Positions 12,105 to 25,772 of a stretch of 64,000 nt of DNA are shown piece by piece (position 1 is the stretch's first letter; each line of letters begins with the position of its first letter). The notes beneath the pieces are model-generated. The model was not told the DNA's origin and ran no database searches. It saw only the letters and a program-made list of their open reading frames with translations. Location of the stretch: NCBI GenBank assembly GCA_964016885.1, contig OZ024743.1, forward strand, positions 156,798,001 through 156,862,000, in the 5' to 3' direction. The position numbers and the translations under genes were made by a program. Origin of the DNA: Eledone cirrhosa (taxonomy: Eukaryota).

Positions 12105-14990
12105 AGTTAATCTGTAAACGCAGAAGTGGATATTTCAAAAAGCGTTGCAACCGGAGGAAGACAGGAAGACGATACTTTGGTTCGTGGAAACGTTCGCTGG
12201 CAAAGAACGGGAAAAAACGAAAATAATACGTCATTAATAGGAGCGGTGAAAAACAATTACGCGCAAAGACAGAACCACGTTTATGGTATAAAAGAGGTCG
12301 TAGACTAATGTTCTCTTAGTTGGTTAATAGAGAGGTTCTCTGGCGATGAACGAGAAAAACGAAGATAATACGTCATATGTGGAGCGTGGAGAACAATAGC
12401 ACGCAAAGACAGAACCACGTAAATGGTATAGCAGAAGTCGTAGACTAAAGTTCTAACTAGGAGACCGAATGAATCTCCGCTACAGAGTTAAGAACAAAGT
12501 AAATAAATACAATACAGAAGTCATAGAAATAAATAAATACATACACGCAAACAAATACGTACATACACAAGCATACGCAAAACACTTACCATCGGTATAC
12601 AAAACCACGCACATATAAATATGTGTGTGTGTATGCGTTTATACAAATAAGTAAATAATTATATAAACGTATATAAATAAATAAATACGCATATAACAAG
12701 CGCACACACATACCTACATGTAAATACACGAATCTTCGTAGACGTAAGTCAACCAAAACATGAAGTACACATATACGCACACCCTACATACGTACGAACC
12801 TGCATACTCACACAGACGCAAAACACCCGTATACACATAGCCAAACCATATGTACCAGAATATATAAAATTATACGCCATAACATAAACAATCAAGTATA
12901 CGTACGAGAAGGTATACGTACCTTCACAAAACCTACGGGTAAATTATACTTACCTATGCAAATAAGTAATGGTATAAACAAAACATACTTAGCTCCCACA
13001 TCAAGACGTAAAATATCCATGTATAAATCGTACTATCCGTTAGGGTATAACGTGGGGCTGTAATACAGGAAAGTTTTGTGCAATGTATGTTTACAAGGCG
13101 AAATTGCCTCAGATTTTTTGTTTAAGATGTGGTCTGTGGCGTAGAGTATTTCCAGGGGCTCAGCGGCGCAGAGGTCAAATGGTCTTTTATTTCCATTATA
13201 CGATCTAGGCCTAGCTAGGATCTCCCAGTGTAAATTATATTGGGTGTGGCTGTCTTTTAGACTCCAGATATAAGCTGAAAGTGACGTCATATTCCTTCTT
13301 AGAGGGTAACGAAAAGAATGGTTATGCATGTAAAGACGCTGCTTGAATCTATTGGCGGTTAAGCCTATGTAGGCCCTACGGGTGTTCCAACCTTACATTT
13401 GTAGACAATGTTACTAGAGAGGCATTTCCCGGATAGAAGTCAATCAACTCGATTCTTACAATTACAGTTAGTACTAACTACAGGGTTGCACGTGTTCCTA
13501 TGGCCAGGTAGTTTAGCTAAATTTGAAGCTGTGATGTTATGTGCAAGGTTAGGAGTCGTAGAGTAAGAAATTTGAATAGTATTTCTATTAAAAATTCTAC
13601 TATACTTATGTGTAGGAGGAAAATGCTTCGTAATAAGGGAAAGAAAGATCTTAGCTAATGGTGTGGCCACCTCCATATTATATGGGGTGTTATACCAACA
13701 AATGCGACGGGATCTATTTCTTCTAGGTCTATTTTCGTACTCTGTATATGCTACCTTATCGACAAATCCACGTCGAGCAAGAGCTTCATTGTAATAAGTG
13801 GTATGGTCGTTGAAAATACGCTCGTTGGTGGAAAGACGGGAAGGCCTCGACGAAACGTTTCTTACCAGGTTCTTGGTTATGCTGGTTCTTGGTTATGCTG
13901 GTTGGAATGCTTACCTATGTAATTAAGCGTATCATTCGGCTTTCTATACGGGTAATACAACCCATTCAATAAATTGAGGGTAACGTGGATGTAATTAACG
14001 ACCGAGAGATTGGCCTCAACCTGTATAGAGAGTTTGGAGCCTTTAAAGAAGGCTGTGAGTTCTTTTCTGAACCTGTCGCAAGCACTAGGTCCGCACTTAG
14101 TCGTGGTCAAAAGACCATCGTCACGGTACAAACCACCGCCCGCGTTGGGGAATTCATCCTTGATAGAGAAAAGAAGGAAAAGGCCAATAAGATCAGTAAC
14201 CTCCGCAGAATCACTGGCGCCCATACTCACTTCGAATGGGGGTACTATTGGATTTTTGAATCCAAATAGAGTCGTCGAAATTAATCATCGACTTTCGGGC
14301 ATTGAGGATGACATCAACTTCGAAATCCTTAACCCACTGTTAGTGTTTTAGTGAAATTGATAGCTCTAAGGAGAAGTGGTAAAGTGATGGAGGAGTAGTA
14401 ATTGTTGATGTCGAATTGGATAAAACGGCAATGTTCCTTGTTACATATGCCGTTGAACCAATCAATAACGCGAAAGAATTGTTCCACAGTGCAAGAGGGG
14501 CCAAACTTCTAATTTCTGGTATAATTCTATCAAGAATCGTTTTACTAACTTTACCTAAATCGGACTTCGTAGGCTTAATAAGCCGAATAGAGGGGTTGTT
14601 CAGAAAATTGGATTTGTGATACTTCAGGGTAAAGTGGGGAGAAATAGGGTCCAGACCTTCGGTCCGGTCCAGGATGTTGAGGTCAGATGTGATTTTAAAC
14701 CCAGCATCGTTCCAAAACATCATTTTCGAAGGGTAGCAATGCTGGGTTACACGGGGGGTTATTATAGGTTTTAAATCCAAATTTATCCTGTTTGTTGTCT
14801 GATTTTCGCGGATTATCGAAATAAAAGGCACGCCAACGCAACCTTTTAATGAACGCGTCTGTTTTCTGTATCAGGAGTTTTAGATACGTTTTCCTGCTTG
14901 GTACGGGTATGTTCTTTGTAGAAATATTAAGATGTTGTTTCTGCATGATGAATATAAGTCAGTAGAGTGCTCAACCGAGGGAGCCAAATA
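12105..14990 (-). mobile_element. Hydra-type PLE, left arm of a head-to-head inverted pair (RT + GIY-YIG pseudogene)
   Basis: ORF pieces MQKQHLNISTKNIP..KRLRWRAFYF, SIRLIKPTKSDLGKVSK, MGASDSAEVTDLIG..LYRDDGL, CNCKNRVD, LNKKSE. Confidence 0.92.
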
Positions 14991-15329
14991 TTACTATTTG
15001 ACTCCCTCGATTGAGCACTCTACTGACTTATATTCATCATGCAGAAACAACATCTTAATATTTCTACAAAGAACATACCCGTACCAAGCAGGAAAACGTA
15101 TCTAAAACTCCTGATACAGAAAACAGACGCGTTCATTTAAAGGTTGCGTTGGCGTGCATTTTATTTCGATAATCCGCGAAAATCAGACAACAAACAGGAT
15201 AAATTTGGATTTAAAACCTATAATAAGCCCCCATGTAACCCAGCATTGCTAACCTTCGGATATGATGTTTTGTAACTCATTCGGAGTATCAAATTTCGGA
15301 ATAGGAGCAATTCCTTCCATCAAGACCTG

Positions 15330-16644
15330 ATGAATAAAATTCGTTCTATTAAGGATTCTAATGCCGTGCACGTCCATTCCGACAAAACTGGCAACCTATA
15401 TCAAGTGGAGCGCAGTACTTACCATCAACTACTACATAATGCTGTAACTAAGGATTACCGTAAAACTAATCGGTGCGTCATCAATGAAATCAACGATGCT
15501 AGGGTTAAAATCACATCTGATCTCAACATCCTGGACCTGACCGAACGTCTGGACCCTATTTCTCCCCATTTTACCCTGAAGGATCACGAATCCAATTCTC
15601 CGAACAACCCCTCTATTCGGCTTATTAACCCTACGAAGTCCGATTTAGGTAGACTTAGTAAAACGATTCTTGATATAATTATACCAGAAATTAGAAGTTT
15701 GACCCCTCTTGCACTGTGGAACAATTCTTTCGCGGTGATTGATTGGTTCAACGGCATATGTAACAAGGAACATTGCCGTTTTATCCAATTCGACATCAAC
15801 AATTACTACTCCTCCATCACTTTACCACTTCTCCTTAGAGCTATCAATTTCGCTAAAACACTAACAGTGGTTAAGGATTTCGAAGTTGATGTCATCCTCA
15901 ATGCCCGAAAGTCGGTGATTAATTTCGACGACTCTATTTGGATTAAAAAATCAAATAGTACCCCGTTCGACGTGAGTATGGGCGCCAGTGATTCTGCGGA
16001 GGTTACTGATCTTATCATTAGCTAAGATCTTTCTTTCCCTTATTACGAAGCATTTTCCCCCTACACATAAGTATAGTAAAATTGTTAATAGAAATACTAT
16101 TAAAATTTCTTACTCTACGACTCCTAACCTTGCACATAACATCACAGCTTCAAATTTAGCTAAACTACCTGGCCGTAAGAACACGTGCAACCCTGTAGTT
16201 AGTACTAACTGTAATTGTAGGAATCGGGCTGATTGCCCCCTATCCGGGAAATGCCTCTCTAGTAACATTGTCTACAAATGTAAGGTTGTAACACCCACGT
16301 CCCGTAGGGCCTACATAGGCTTAACCGCCAATAGATTCAAGCAGAGTTTTTACATGCATACCCATTCTTTTCTTTACCATCTAAGAAGGAATATGACGTC
16401 TCTTTCAGCTTATATCTGGAGTCTAAAAGACAACCAATATAAGTTACACTTGGAGATCATAGCTAGGGCTAGATCGTATAACGGAAATAAAAGACCATGT
16501 GACCTCTGCGCCGCTGAGGCCCTGGAAATACTCTACGCCACAGACCACATCTTAAACAAAAAATCTGAGGCAATTTCGGCTTGTAAACATAAATTGCACA
16601 AAACTTTCCTGTATTACAGCCCCACGTTATACCCTAACGGATAG
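15330..16644 (+). pseudogene. PLE reverse transcriptase-GIY-YIG ORF with internal deletion of the YRDD/thumb segment
   Basis: Jumps from SAEVTDLI directly to LAKIFLSLITKHF; the missing segment is present in the left arm (about 13660-14190). Confidence 0.85.
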
Positions 16645-17578
16645 TACGATTTATACATGGATATTTTACGTCTTGATGTGGGAGCTAAGTATGTTTTGTT
16701 TATACCATTACTTATTTGCATAGGTAAGTATATTTTACCCGTATGTTTTGTGAAGGTACGTATACCTTCTCGTACGTATATTTGATTGTTTATGTTATGG
16801 CGTATAATTTTATATATTCTGGTACATATGGTTTGGCTATGTGTATACGGGAGTTTTGCGTCTGTGTGAGTATGCAGGTTCGTACGTATGTAGGGTGTGT
16901 GTATATGTGTACTTCATGTTTTGGTTGACTTACGTCTACGAAGATTCGTGTATTTACATGTAGGTATGTGTGTGCGCTTGTTATATACGTATTTATTTAT
17001 TTATATACGTTTATATAATTATTTATTTATTTGTATATACGCATACACACACACACATATTTATATGTGCGTGGTTTTGTATACCGATGGTAAGTGTTTT
17101 GCGTATGCTTGTGTATGTACGTATCTGTTTGCGTGTATGTATTTATTTATTTCTATGACTTCTGTATTGTATTTATTTACTTTGTTCTTAACTCTGTAGC
17201 GGAGATTCATTCGGTCTCCTAGTTAGAATTTTAGTCTACGACTTCTGCTATACCATTTACGTGGTTTTGTCTTTGCGTGCTATTGTTCTCCACGCTCCAC
17301 ATATGACGTATTATCTTCGTTTTTTTCGTTCATTGCCAGAGAACCTCTCTATGAACCACCTAAGAGAACATTAGTCTACGACCTCTTTTATACCATAAAC
17401 GTGGTTCTGTCTTTGCGCGTAATTGTTTTTCACCGCTCCTATTAATGACGTATTATTTTCGTTTTTTCCCGTTCTTTGCCAGCGAACGTTTCCACGAACC
17501 AAAGTATCGTCTTCCTGTCTTCCCCGGTTGCAACCTTTTTTGAAATATTCACTTCTGCGTTTACAGATTGACTTTGTT

Positions 17579-17629
17579 AGTCTCGGAAGATCCCGTTAAG
17601 GGTGAAAGCAGCGATTATTTGCTTAAACT
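17579..17629 (+). ncRNA. HHR-like motif with non-canonical position 4 (CGGAAGA)
   Basis: AGTCT CGGAAGA T CCC GTTAA GGG T GAAA GCAG..TTGC TT AAACT. Confidence 0.45.
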
Positions 17630-17741
17630 TTAATCTGTTATTTTAATAAATATTTGCTCTCCGGTTCTTATATATTTGATATATATTTATCCTTATCGAG
17701 CCCTCTTTGGATTTTAGTCTTCAAATTTGCTATTATTTCTA

Positions 17742-17865
<124 letters not shown>

Positions 17866-18113
17866 ATATATATATATATATAGTCTAACGAAGTGATTTC
17901 ATTGGTACTATTATGTTTCCTCCTGTTGTATTGTAATACAATACAACAGGAGGAAACATAATAGTACCACTGATGATGCCACAGGTGTGTGATGAAAGAA
18001 TGTTGATAGACCATATATTTTTTTTTATTTATATTATAGGGATATTACATATACAGAATGGAAAGCCAATCCACACCAAACAGTGATTGTGTTTTATAAT
18101 TATTTCTGGCAAT

Positions 18114-18290
18114 GAAGGCAGTGAATTGGCAGTATCAGTAGAGGGTTGGACGCCATGTTTCATAGCATAGTTACGCTCCTTTACGCTTTGAGTTCAAATA
18201 CCTTCGAGGTTAACTTTGCCTTTCATCCTTACGGGGTCGATAAAATAAAGTACCGGTAATGTACTGGATAATTGCCGGCCTGGAATTAGC
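18114..18290 (+). mobile_element. tRNA-derived SINE with Nin/Deu-like domain (Octopus-type)
   Basis: aaggcagtgaattggcag..gagttcaaatacc (B box)..aactttgcctttcatccttacggggtcgataaaataaagtacc. Confidence 0.8.
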
Positions 18291-18423
18291 TAATATTGTG
18301 GAACAAGATAGTTGGATTAAAGGGAAGTACTAAACAGATACGCGCACACACACACTCACACACGCATACACACACACACACATGTATCTATCTAGCTATC
18401 TCTATATATCTATCTCTTTATCA

Positions 18424-18454
<31 letters not shown>

Positions 18455-19499
18455 AGTTAACGGGACTATCATAAGGTTTCCCAGCTAGTACCGGTTGTGT
18501 GTCAGCTTACTGAATGTAAGGCAATTTGACAGTGAGATAGAATTAGTGCACTGCTTAGAAATTGAATTCCGGATGTTTCGACCAACCATGTCTGTAAGAT
18601 TGATCAACTTCACAACTTATACGAGTCAATAGATGAGTGAGAGAGAAAGATGGAACAGGTATTAGAGCAAATATTAAACAAAACACAATACAAATTATAG
18701 AAAAGTGTTCAAATTACTCTCATTGTGAATCTGCTATTTTGGAGATAATAATAAGTTGACGGGACTAGCATCTCCGTGTACCCACTATTTACGTTTATGT
18801 TAAAATTACAGTGTAGCCACAAAGTTAATTGCCTCAATAAAACACATATAAATGGGTACCATATAATTACCCGTACTCGAATTTCGCCCACACGTAATGC
18901 AGCAAGAGAGCCTACAACATCTACTGTCTGTATTATTATGCAACATTGTATAATCATAGCATGTGGCTTCATCAGCGGGTTTCGCCTAATCAATAAGAAA
19001 TCGATCGACAGAATTCGATTCCAGTCCGTGCGGCCTATGGCAGTAAAAGAGACAGGTGATACTGTAGTACATTAGTATCTGAAATCCCTACGACTCATCA
19101 AAATAACATCAACCGATTGGTCACTGTTTCAGGAATGTACGTGATATACTCTTTTACTCTTTTACATGTTCCAGCCTCACATGTGTGTGTGTATTCATGA
19201 GTAAAAAAGCAATAATTTTATATTAACATCATAAATTAAAGCACAACTCCAAAAAACACTCTGAAACAATTGACGATTCCTTTCCTACAGCTACTGCTGC
19301 GACAAATGAATGACGTTAGTCATCTAACATGTGGTGTTCCGTATCTAATACTGGTTGTCTATTATTAGCGTGTTTGGAAAGGTAGTCAACAGTTAGAGTT
19401 ATACTCTGGTGTATGGAGTTAGCTATCTGCTGGATGCACTCCATTGTGCTATTTTCTAAATCATGTTTATTAGTACTCTTATGTGGAACTCTGGATTAA

Positions 19500-19990
19500 C
19501 ACTATAGACGAGAGAGCCCAAATTCTCCACTCACACTATGCTAAACCCATGACCTCCAAATACCTGATATTCAAAATTCAGCAATGTCAAATAGTGTTAA
19601 ATTTAATATTCTGAACGCAGACTTGGTAAGAATGATGAAGAATGTGTACCGCACGTGCGACCCAACTGAAATGGCAAGGCACATCCAGCACTTCATCAAC
19701 CGCATGCAGTTCTCTGGTTATAACCAAAAAGAAGAATCAGAGTATACAAAGGAGTCACGGAGAAATATAAGACCGTCATAGAAATGGATTTAAAAGGAAT
19801 TTGCTCATTATAGAGGACCAAATCATGGAATAGCTTAGGTAGGACTAAACTTTAGATAGAGAAAGCCACTTCATGGTACGACAACCAGAGATAGCAGAGT
19901 GTCATGTTCGTGAATGTTATCCCTGGAGGGAAATTAGCTAACCATTGCAGAAAGGCCCTAAGAAAGACCCATCTAAAGATTAAAGTGGGA
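19500..19990 (+). mobile_element. PLE RT-thumb fragment of a different clade (possibly Nematis-like)
   Basis: HYAKPMTSKYLI..SAMSNSVKFNILNADLVRMMKN..FINRMQFSGY..LYRTKSW..SWY..SVMFVNVIPGGKLA. Confidence 0.6.
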
Positions 19991-21849
19991 GGACTTTAAC
20001 ATTCTCTTCCGGGGAAACTTATATATGTCGTCCATGTACTGTGCCTTTAGTAAATGGAACAATACTTTCTAAATATCTAATCTAACTATCATCTCTTCCC
20101 AGTATATACCGTTTTTCGTCGTACACACATGATGATAAGTATTGCTTCAAAGATATATTAATGCATGATGTTCATTCCCAGTATTTCTACGTTTGTTATT
20201 ATAAGTGGAGCTAATTGTGCATTCACTTTAAAAGCTGTTGTTGTGCACATTCGAGTAGGTTGATGTTTTTTGTTAATCAGTTTGTTATTTTTGCTTTCTT
20301 GCTGTTGTTATACTTATAATCAATGGAAGAAGCTTTGTTGACGGAATATATATATGCTTCATTTCCCTAATGATAAGACATTGATGATTTTCTTGTTTAC
20401 AGCTTCAATTTAACTATCGTTTACAGCTTCAGTTTAACTATCATCGCCTCCACTCATCCATTCAAAAACATAGAAACATACGCATTACAAAATATATATA
20501 ATACATAATTACTCAAGACACTTCAGCTCAGCAAATTCGAGACATATCCCATAATATGTAGACAAAGTCTGATTGAATCGATAATTCATGTGAGAAGAAT
20601 GAAAAATGTTTAATACTTGTATTGCATTTTAAATCTCATTTCGTTTATTCATGTTGTATATTTGGTTTCATTTTAGATTGTTATTTTTATCATGATATAT
20701 ACTTGTTGTTTATTTTAATGGTGATGGTGGCAGCGTTTTTTTTATTATTATGTTTATTACTAGTAATAGGATGACAATGCTGTTATTGCTGTGGTGTTGT
20801 AGTGGTAGGTAATAATGTAATTTTTGTAACTGTAGTTTTGTTGCTGTTGCTATTAATCTTATTTTTCCTGTTGTTATTGTTTTTGTTGGTGTTGGTGTAC
20901 TATAATTGTTGTTATTAATGTTGTATTCTATAGAGAAATAAATTGGTTTTTCTGAGAGTTTCACTAATGTTCACCTTAGTCTTTCTTATCATGTATGTGA
21001 TCTCACTAATCCTTTCAAATAAATGAAATGTCTCGGTATATATATTTTTATTTATTTATTTATATCTTATAGATTGAAATAACCTTCGCTTTATTGATTA
21101 CCATAGATCTTATTTTAGAACACAGTGCTGTCTTTTAGTCTTTGGTATGAAATGCTATATTTGAAGTATTTGGTATAAATAGAAATTCTTAAATAAAAAC
21201 AAATAAATAATACAACATATAACTACACTGCAACGTATTAATAACAGTCATGTCTGAGAGAAAAAAGGTTAAGCTAAGGAGATAGAGATTACTTATATTT
21301 GTCATGGGAGAAATATCGATACTGAGTTGGCGCCACTCCTGAATGATTAGGTTCAGTTTTGAAATATGTATTGTCAGAGTGTTGATCTCAGGAATATAAA
21401 ACTAGCCAATTTTCTACATACTTTATAAATTTATAGAACTTCATCAGTTGAATATTCTAAGAAAGAAGACAACATAGTCAAGCAAAACAGAGAAACATTT
21501 TACTTCTTTTTTTATGTTCGTATGATTTTTAAAAATATTTATTTCGGATAATGTATGAAAATAAAAATAGTTTATGCAAAATGTTACGCTATGAAAAATC
21601 TAGATATTTACATCATAAGTCTGACTGGAATAGAATGTTATTTCATTTTCGAAACCCGAATCATACATGACCTTGCAAAGCTATGGTTATAAAATACTTT
21701 AGCCCCAACCATCGCAACTATTCTAACAGGAAATAAATGAAACATTTTAACATCGGCAGGGTGGTGTTTATTGGAGATGTGATTACTGTTTCTAGCATGT
21801 CTAGCAGCCATCTAATCATCCACTTTTGAATGTGTTAGAAGTTCATTGG

Positions 21850-23620
21850 ATACACAAATTTACGTTAATATTTCCATCACGAATTTCAATCATTTTCGAA
21901 TATTCTTTGCGAAATCATGGTTATTTTCTTAAATTTATTTAAACAAGCATTGACTTAAAAGCTACGGGGGTTAGTTCAACTGAAACCGACAGCTAAGCAC
22001 TTATCTAAGCACTTATTTTTTAAAGGACAGTTTGATTTAATTCTACAATTACATTTAGCAGAGTTGATGTTATTGGGAACGGTATTATTGCTATTTTGGT
22101 TATGATTTAAATTTCTATTATTGATTCTATTTATATTTTGTGCTATGTCATAGTAGTAGAGTAGGATAGTTTTATTGTATGTCTGTTAAAGATTGAGTGG
22201 TATCTATGGGTTTTAGGGAAACATTTATCTAGAGCTTTAATGAATAGTTTAGCTAAAGGTGTTTTAACGCTTAATGAGAAAGGAGGTGAAAACCAAATTA
22301 TATTTCTAGTTCTATTTCTCCTGTTAGTTTTAGAGTTTAAGTAAGGTTTTCTATTGTAATGATAATTAATAATAGGGTTATTTGGCTTATCACTGTTGTC
22401 GATGTATTTAATCTTATTTATATAGCCTGCTCTGTTTAAAGCTTCATTATAATATTCTGCCTTAACGTCAACGATGTTTTTGTTAGCAGAGATTCGAGGA
22501 ATACGTTGCTGTATAGAATTTACAATAGTGTTCTTAATATATCTAGAATGACTGGAGTTGAAGCTTAAATAGTTTAAATTCTCATTAGTTTTATGGAATG
22601 GATAGTAGAGCCCTGTGTTAAGGTTTAATGTTACGCCTAAAAAGTTAACAATTTTGTAGTTATTCTTCATTTCTAACTTAAGATTGTAGCTATTGAAAAA
22701 TTGTATTATTGATTTTCTTTTTCTATTAATTTCAGAATTACTATGATTTTAATTAAGAGCAGCATATCATCACAATATAAAACACCGGTCATCTCTGGTA
22801 TTTTTCTCTGTAGTGTATTATTAATAAATATCCCCACAATGTCCGTTAATTCCGCCGAGTGCGATGACCCCACGGTGAAATCAAAATTATTTTTTCTATC
22901 AGCTCTAGTCCATAGATGGGTGTTGAATTCAATTAAAGTTTTCGTGGGGTTAAAATGATATGCATTTCTTCACTAGATAAATCTGTATGTTTAGATGCAT
23001 AGACAAAGGCTTTATTAAGTAGATTAGGAGTGATAGAGGAGTAGTAATTTGCAATATCCAATAGAATGTATTTTATGTTATTGAACCAATTTGTAACTTG
23101 GTTAGTACCGTTCCATAGTTTTAGGTAAGATATTTCTTTAAGTTGCGGTATGATTCTATCTAATATATGTTTACTAACTATGCCTAAGTCTGATTGAGAT
23201 GGTGCTATAAGTCTAACTGGTAGTTCTATTTCAAAGTTTCTTATGTGGACTTTCAAATTAATTTTTGGTTTTCTAGGTAGAAAGGGTTCGGTCCTATTTT
23301 CGATGCCTAATTTATGAATTATTTCAGAATCTTCTCTATTTAGCATTTCCGGTCTTCTTTGGAAGTTATTTTGTAGTTATTCCGTAGTTCTTTCAATATA
23401 AGGTTATTGTATTCGTCCTTTTTTCATTCCGTATAAATTGTTGGTTTTGTCAGATTTTACGAGGATTTTCTCAATTTTTTCAAGATTTTCTATATTATTC
23501 TTAAGGTCTTTAAGGTATTCCTGGCTTGCAAATTATTTTTTCTTGAATTAGATGTTTTGTATAATTGATATTATTTTATTTTCAAATTCCATTAATAGCT
23601 TGTTGTTAGGTGGATTTTAC
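21850..23620 (-). mobile_element. Decayed Hydra-type PLE (RT + linker)
   Basis: PVRLIAPSQSDLGIVSKHILDRI, LDIANYYSSI, VNFLGVTLNLNTG..PFHK, NIIWFSPPFS, KCNCRIKSNCPLKNKCL. Confidence 0.9.
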
Positions 23621-23788
23621 TTCCAGCGTCATTTAAATAAATGCTTGTTTTTTTTTATTATTTACACATTCATTTGCATATTCACACATAACTATGAATA
23701 ACCCTTAATATGTTTCCACATCCAGTGAATTTCCGACCGATAAGGTTTGATTATCATGGATATGTCTTTATTTATAAAACACATTTTG

Positions 23789-23853
23789 TATTTTATCTGA
23801 TGAAAGCGCACCAAGGTTCCCTTGGTTGTGCTTGAAATATATATAATAAAATA
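23789..23853 (+). ncRNA. Minimal type I hammerhead ribozyme (family A), intact
   Basis: TATTTTAT CTGATGA AAGCGCACCAAG GTTCC CTTGGTTGTGCTT GAAA TATATA TA ATAAAATA; perfect 8-bp helix I. Confidence 0.8.
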
Positions 23854-23916
23854 AATATGGTTTTATAAATGTAGTTTCCATTTATTTAATATCATGGTAT
23901 ATATCCATATATATAT

Positions 23917-23948
<32 letters not shown>

Positions 23949-23974
23949 TATATATATATGCAGAATATAGATGC

Positions 23975-24402
23975 AGAATAATAATTGTTTCTACTTTTGG
24001 CACAAGGCCAGCAATTACCCAGTACAATCCTGGTAATTTATTTTATCGACCCCGTAAGGATGAAAGGCAAAGTTAAACTTGGCGGGATTTGAACTCAAAT
24101 CGTAAAGGGAAGTAACTATGCTGGAAAGCATGTCCGACCCACTATCGATACTGCCAATCCACTGCAGAATAATAATTGTTTCTACTTTAGGCACAAGGCC
24201 AGCAATTAACCAGTGCATTACTGGTACTTTATTTTATCGACCCCGTAAGGATGAAAGGCAAAGTTAACCTTGGCGGGATTTTAACTCAGAATGGCAAGGG
24301 ACGTAATCCTATGCGTCAAAGCATGGCTTCCGGCCCTGCTTTGACGCATAGAGTTACGTCCCTTGCCATTCTGAGTTCAAATCCCGCCAAGGTTAACTTT
24401 GC
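23975..24402. mobile_element. Cluster of Nin-domain SINE copies: two tandem minus-strand copies plus a fold-back inverted head
   Basis: Repeated ttttatcgaccccgtaaggatgaaaggcaaagttaa; inverted repeat 24258-24402. Confidence 0.85.
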
Positions 24403-25089
24403 AGAATAATAATGTTGCTTGTTTTCTATTGGGACAACGACAATAGATGTTACTTTGCTAAAATCTAATAAATATAGAGAGCCTTCATCAATCTGAAGAT
24501 GGTTTGGTTTTGAGAGATCCGAGCAAGTCATGTACAGAGAAATTATTAGGAATGTGCGACTTACAAAAATTAATTCAGCAAGTAATAAAGATTTTCGGAA
24601 CATGTACACGCAATTCATTTCTTGTCTAGCCAGTTTGCACATTCATTATGCTTTGTTAAGATAATCTAATAAAATAACGCCCGTTAGTTTCAGAATGATT
24701 GCATAAAAACTCGGACGATAATTTTCATAAGAATGGTCAGCAACTCGAGCTATATTCGGTGACCCCCTTGCTTGATTCTTATTACTTAAACATCCTCTAA
24801 AGATCGCTTCCTCCTCGGAGGAATTATAAAGAAAATCTAAGTTAATGGACGCTATCTTCTCTTGCAATTCTTAGAATACGAGACATCTATGCTTTGTTCA
24901 GACATACGTAGGTGTACACATACTATTATATATATATATATATAAGTTTGTAGAAAAGGCCGACGAAATGTAACTAATTTTTCTTGTCAGTCCGGAGAAA
25001 TTAACTAAATAAATAATCAATTAAACGGAGCTAACTTTAAAATTTAAGTTTAAAGAATTAATAAATTAATGTTTACCGATATCCTCTAA

Positions 25090-25172
25090 ACCTGACTGTC
25101 GACAGTTTCGCTTGTGCTATGTGAAATGTATAATCACTGAATAATACATGAGGGGTCAAGCTTATCAAGCGA
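25090..25172 (-). ncRNA. Decayed HHR with U3-A8 core (TTGATAA)
   Basis: TTGATAA GCTTG...CAAGC GAAA CTGTCGACAG TC; helix I does not pair. Confidence 0.4.
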
Positions 25173-25595
25173 CTCCCTCAATTTAGGACCGATTTGTCCC
25201 AAAGTGATCACCGCCAGTAACACATACTTCTAAGAGATAGCAACATGAATAAACGTTTTATTTTTCTTTAAAAGCATTTTTTTCCGATTTATCCCTGCTC
25301 GTCCCTTCAATCTTTTTAATTTCTCATTCCCTATTATGAAGGACTAACGTCCGAAACTGTATGACCCTCTTCCTGCTATTTCAAGCGTTATACTAATATA
25401 TTCCTTCCATAATGTACCGATTGTGTTGTTATTTCTGTTTACCTGTTTCATACATATCAAAGCTTACGTGAACTTCTTAACATCGTTCGATATTCAAATT
25501 GGATTTTCACTCTGAAATTGGACCTGCACCCAGATTTTATCTGAACTTCCACCAGGAAATAGGTTCGTATCACAGATATTACTTTTCTTCTAGCA

Positions 25596-25772
25596 TGGAT
25601 TGGCAGTATCGGTAGAGGGTCGGACGCCATGCTTTGACGCATAGAGTTACGGCCCTTGCTATTCTGAGTTCAAATCCCGCCGCTTTGCCTTTCATCCTTA
25701 TGGGGTCGATAAAATAAAGTACCAGTAATACACTGGGTATTTGCTGGCCTTGTGCCAAAAGTAGAAACAATT
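25596..25772 (+). mobile_element. tRNA/Nin-domain SINE
   Basis: Same family as 18114 and 50708. Confidence 0.85.

Larger units (their letters stand above)
14995..17740 (+). mobile_element. Hydra-type PLE, right arm of the inverted pair, ending in pLTR/HHR and (TA)n
   Basis: ATG at 15039; ORFs 15330-16025 (RT: FIQFDINNYYSSI, MGASDSAE) and 15988-16644 (CNCRNRADCPL, IVYKC..AYIG); mirror of 12105-14990. Confidence 0.92.

Noticed and set aside
21390-21456. Minus-strand CTGATGA...GAAA downstream of the 21.8-23.6 kb PLE
   Set aside because: Stem II and helix I registers are poor; at best a heavily decayed HHR
24420-24900. Minus-strand ORFs 24316-24642 and 24646-24867
   Set aside because: No recognisable motif; the first partly overlaps a SINE
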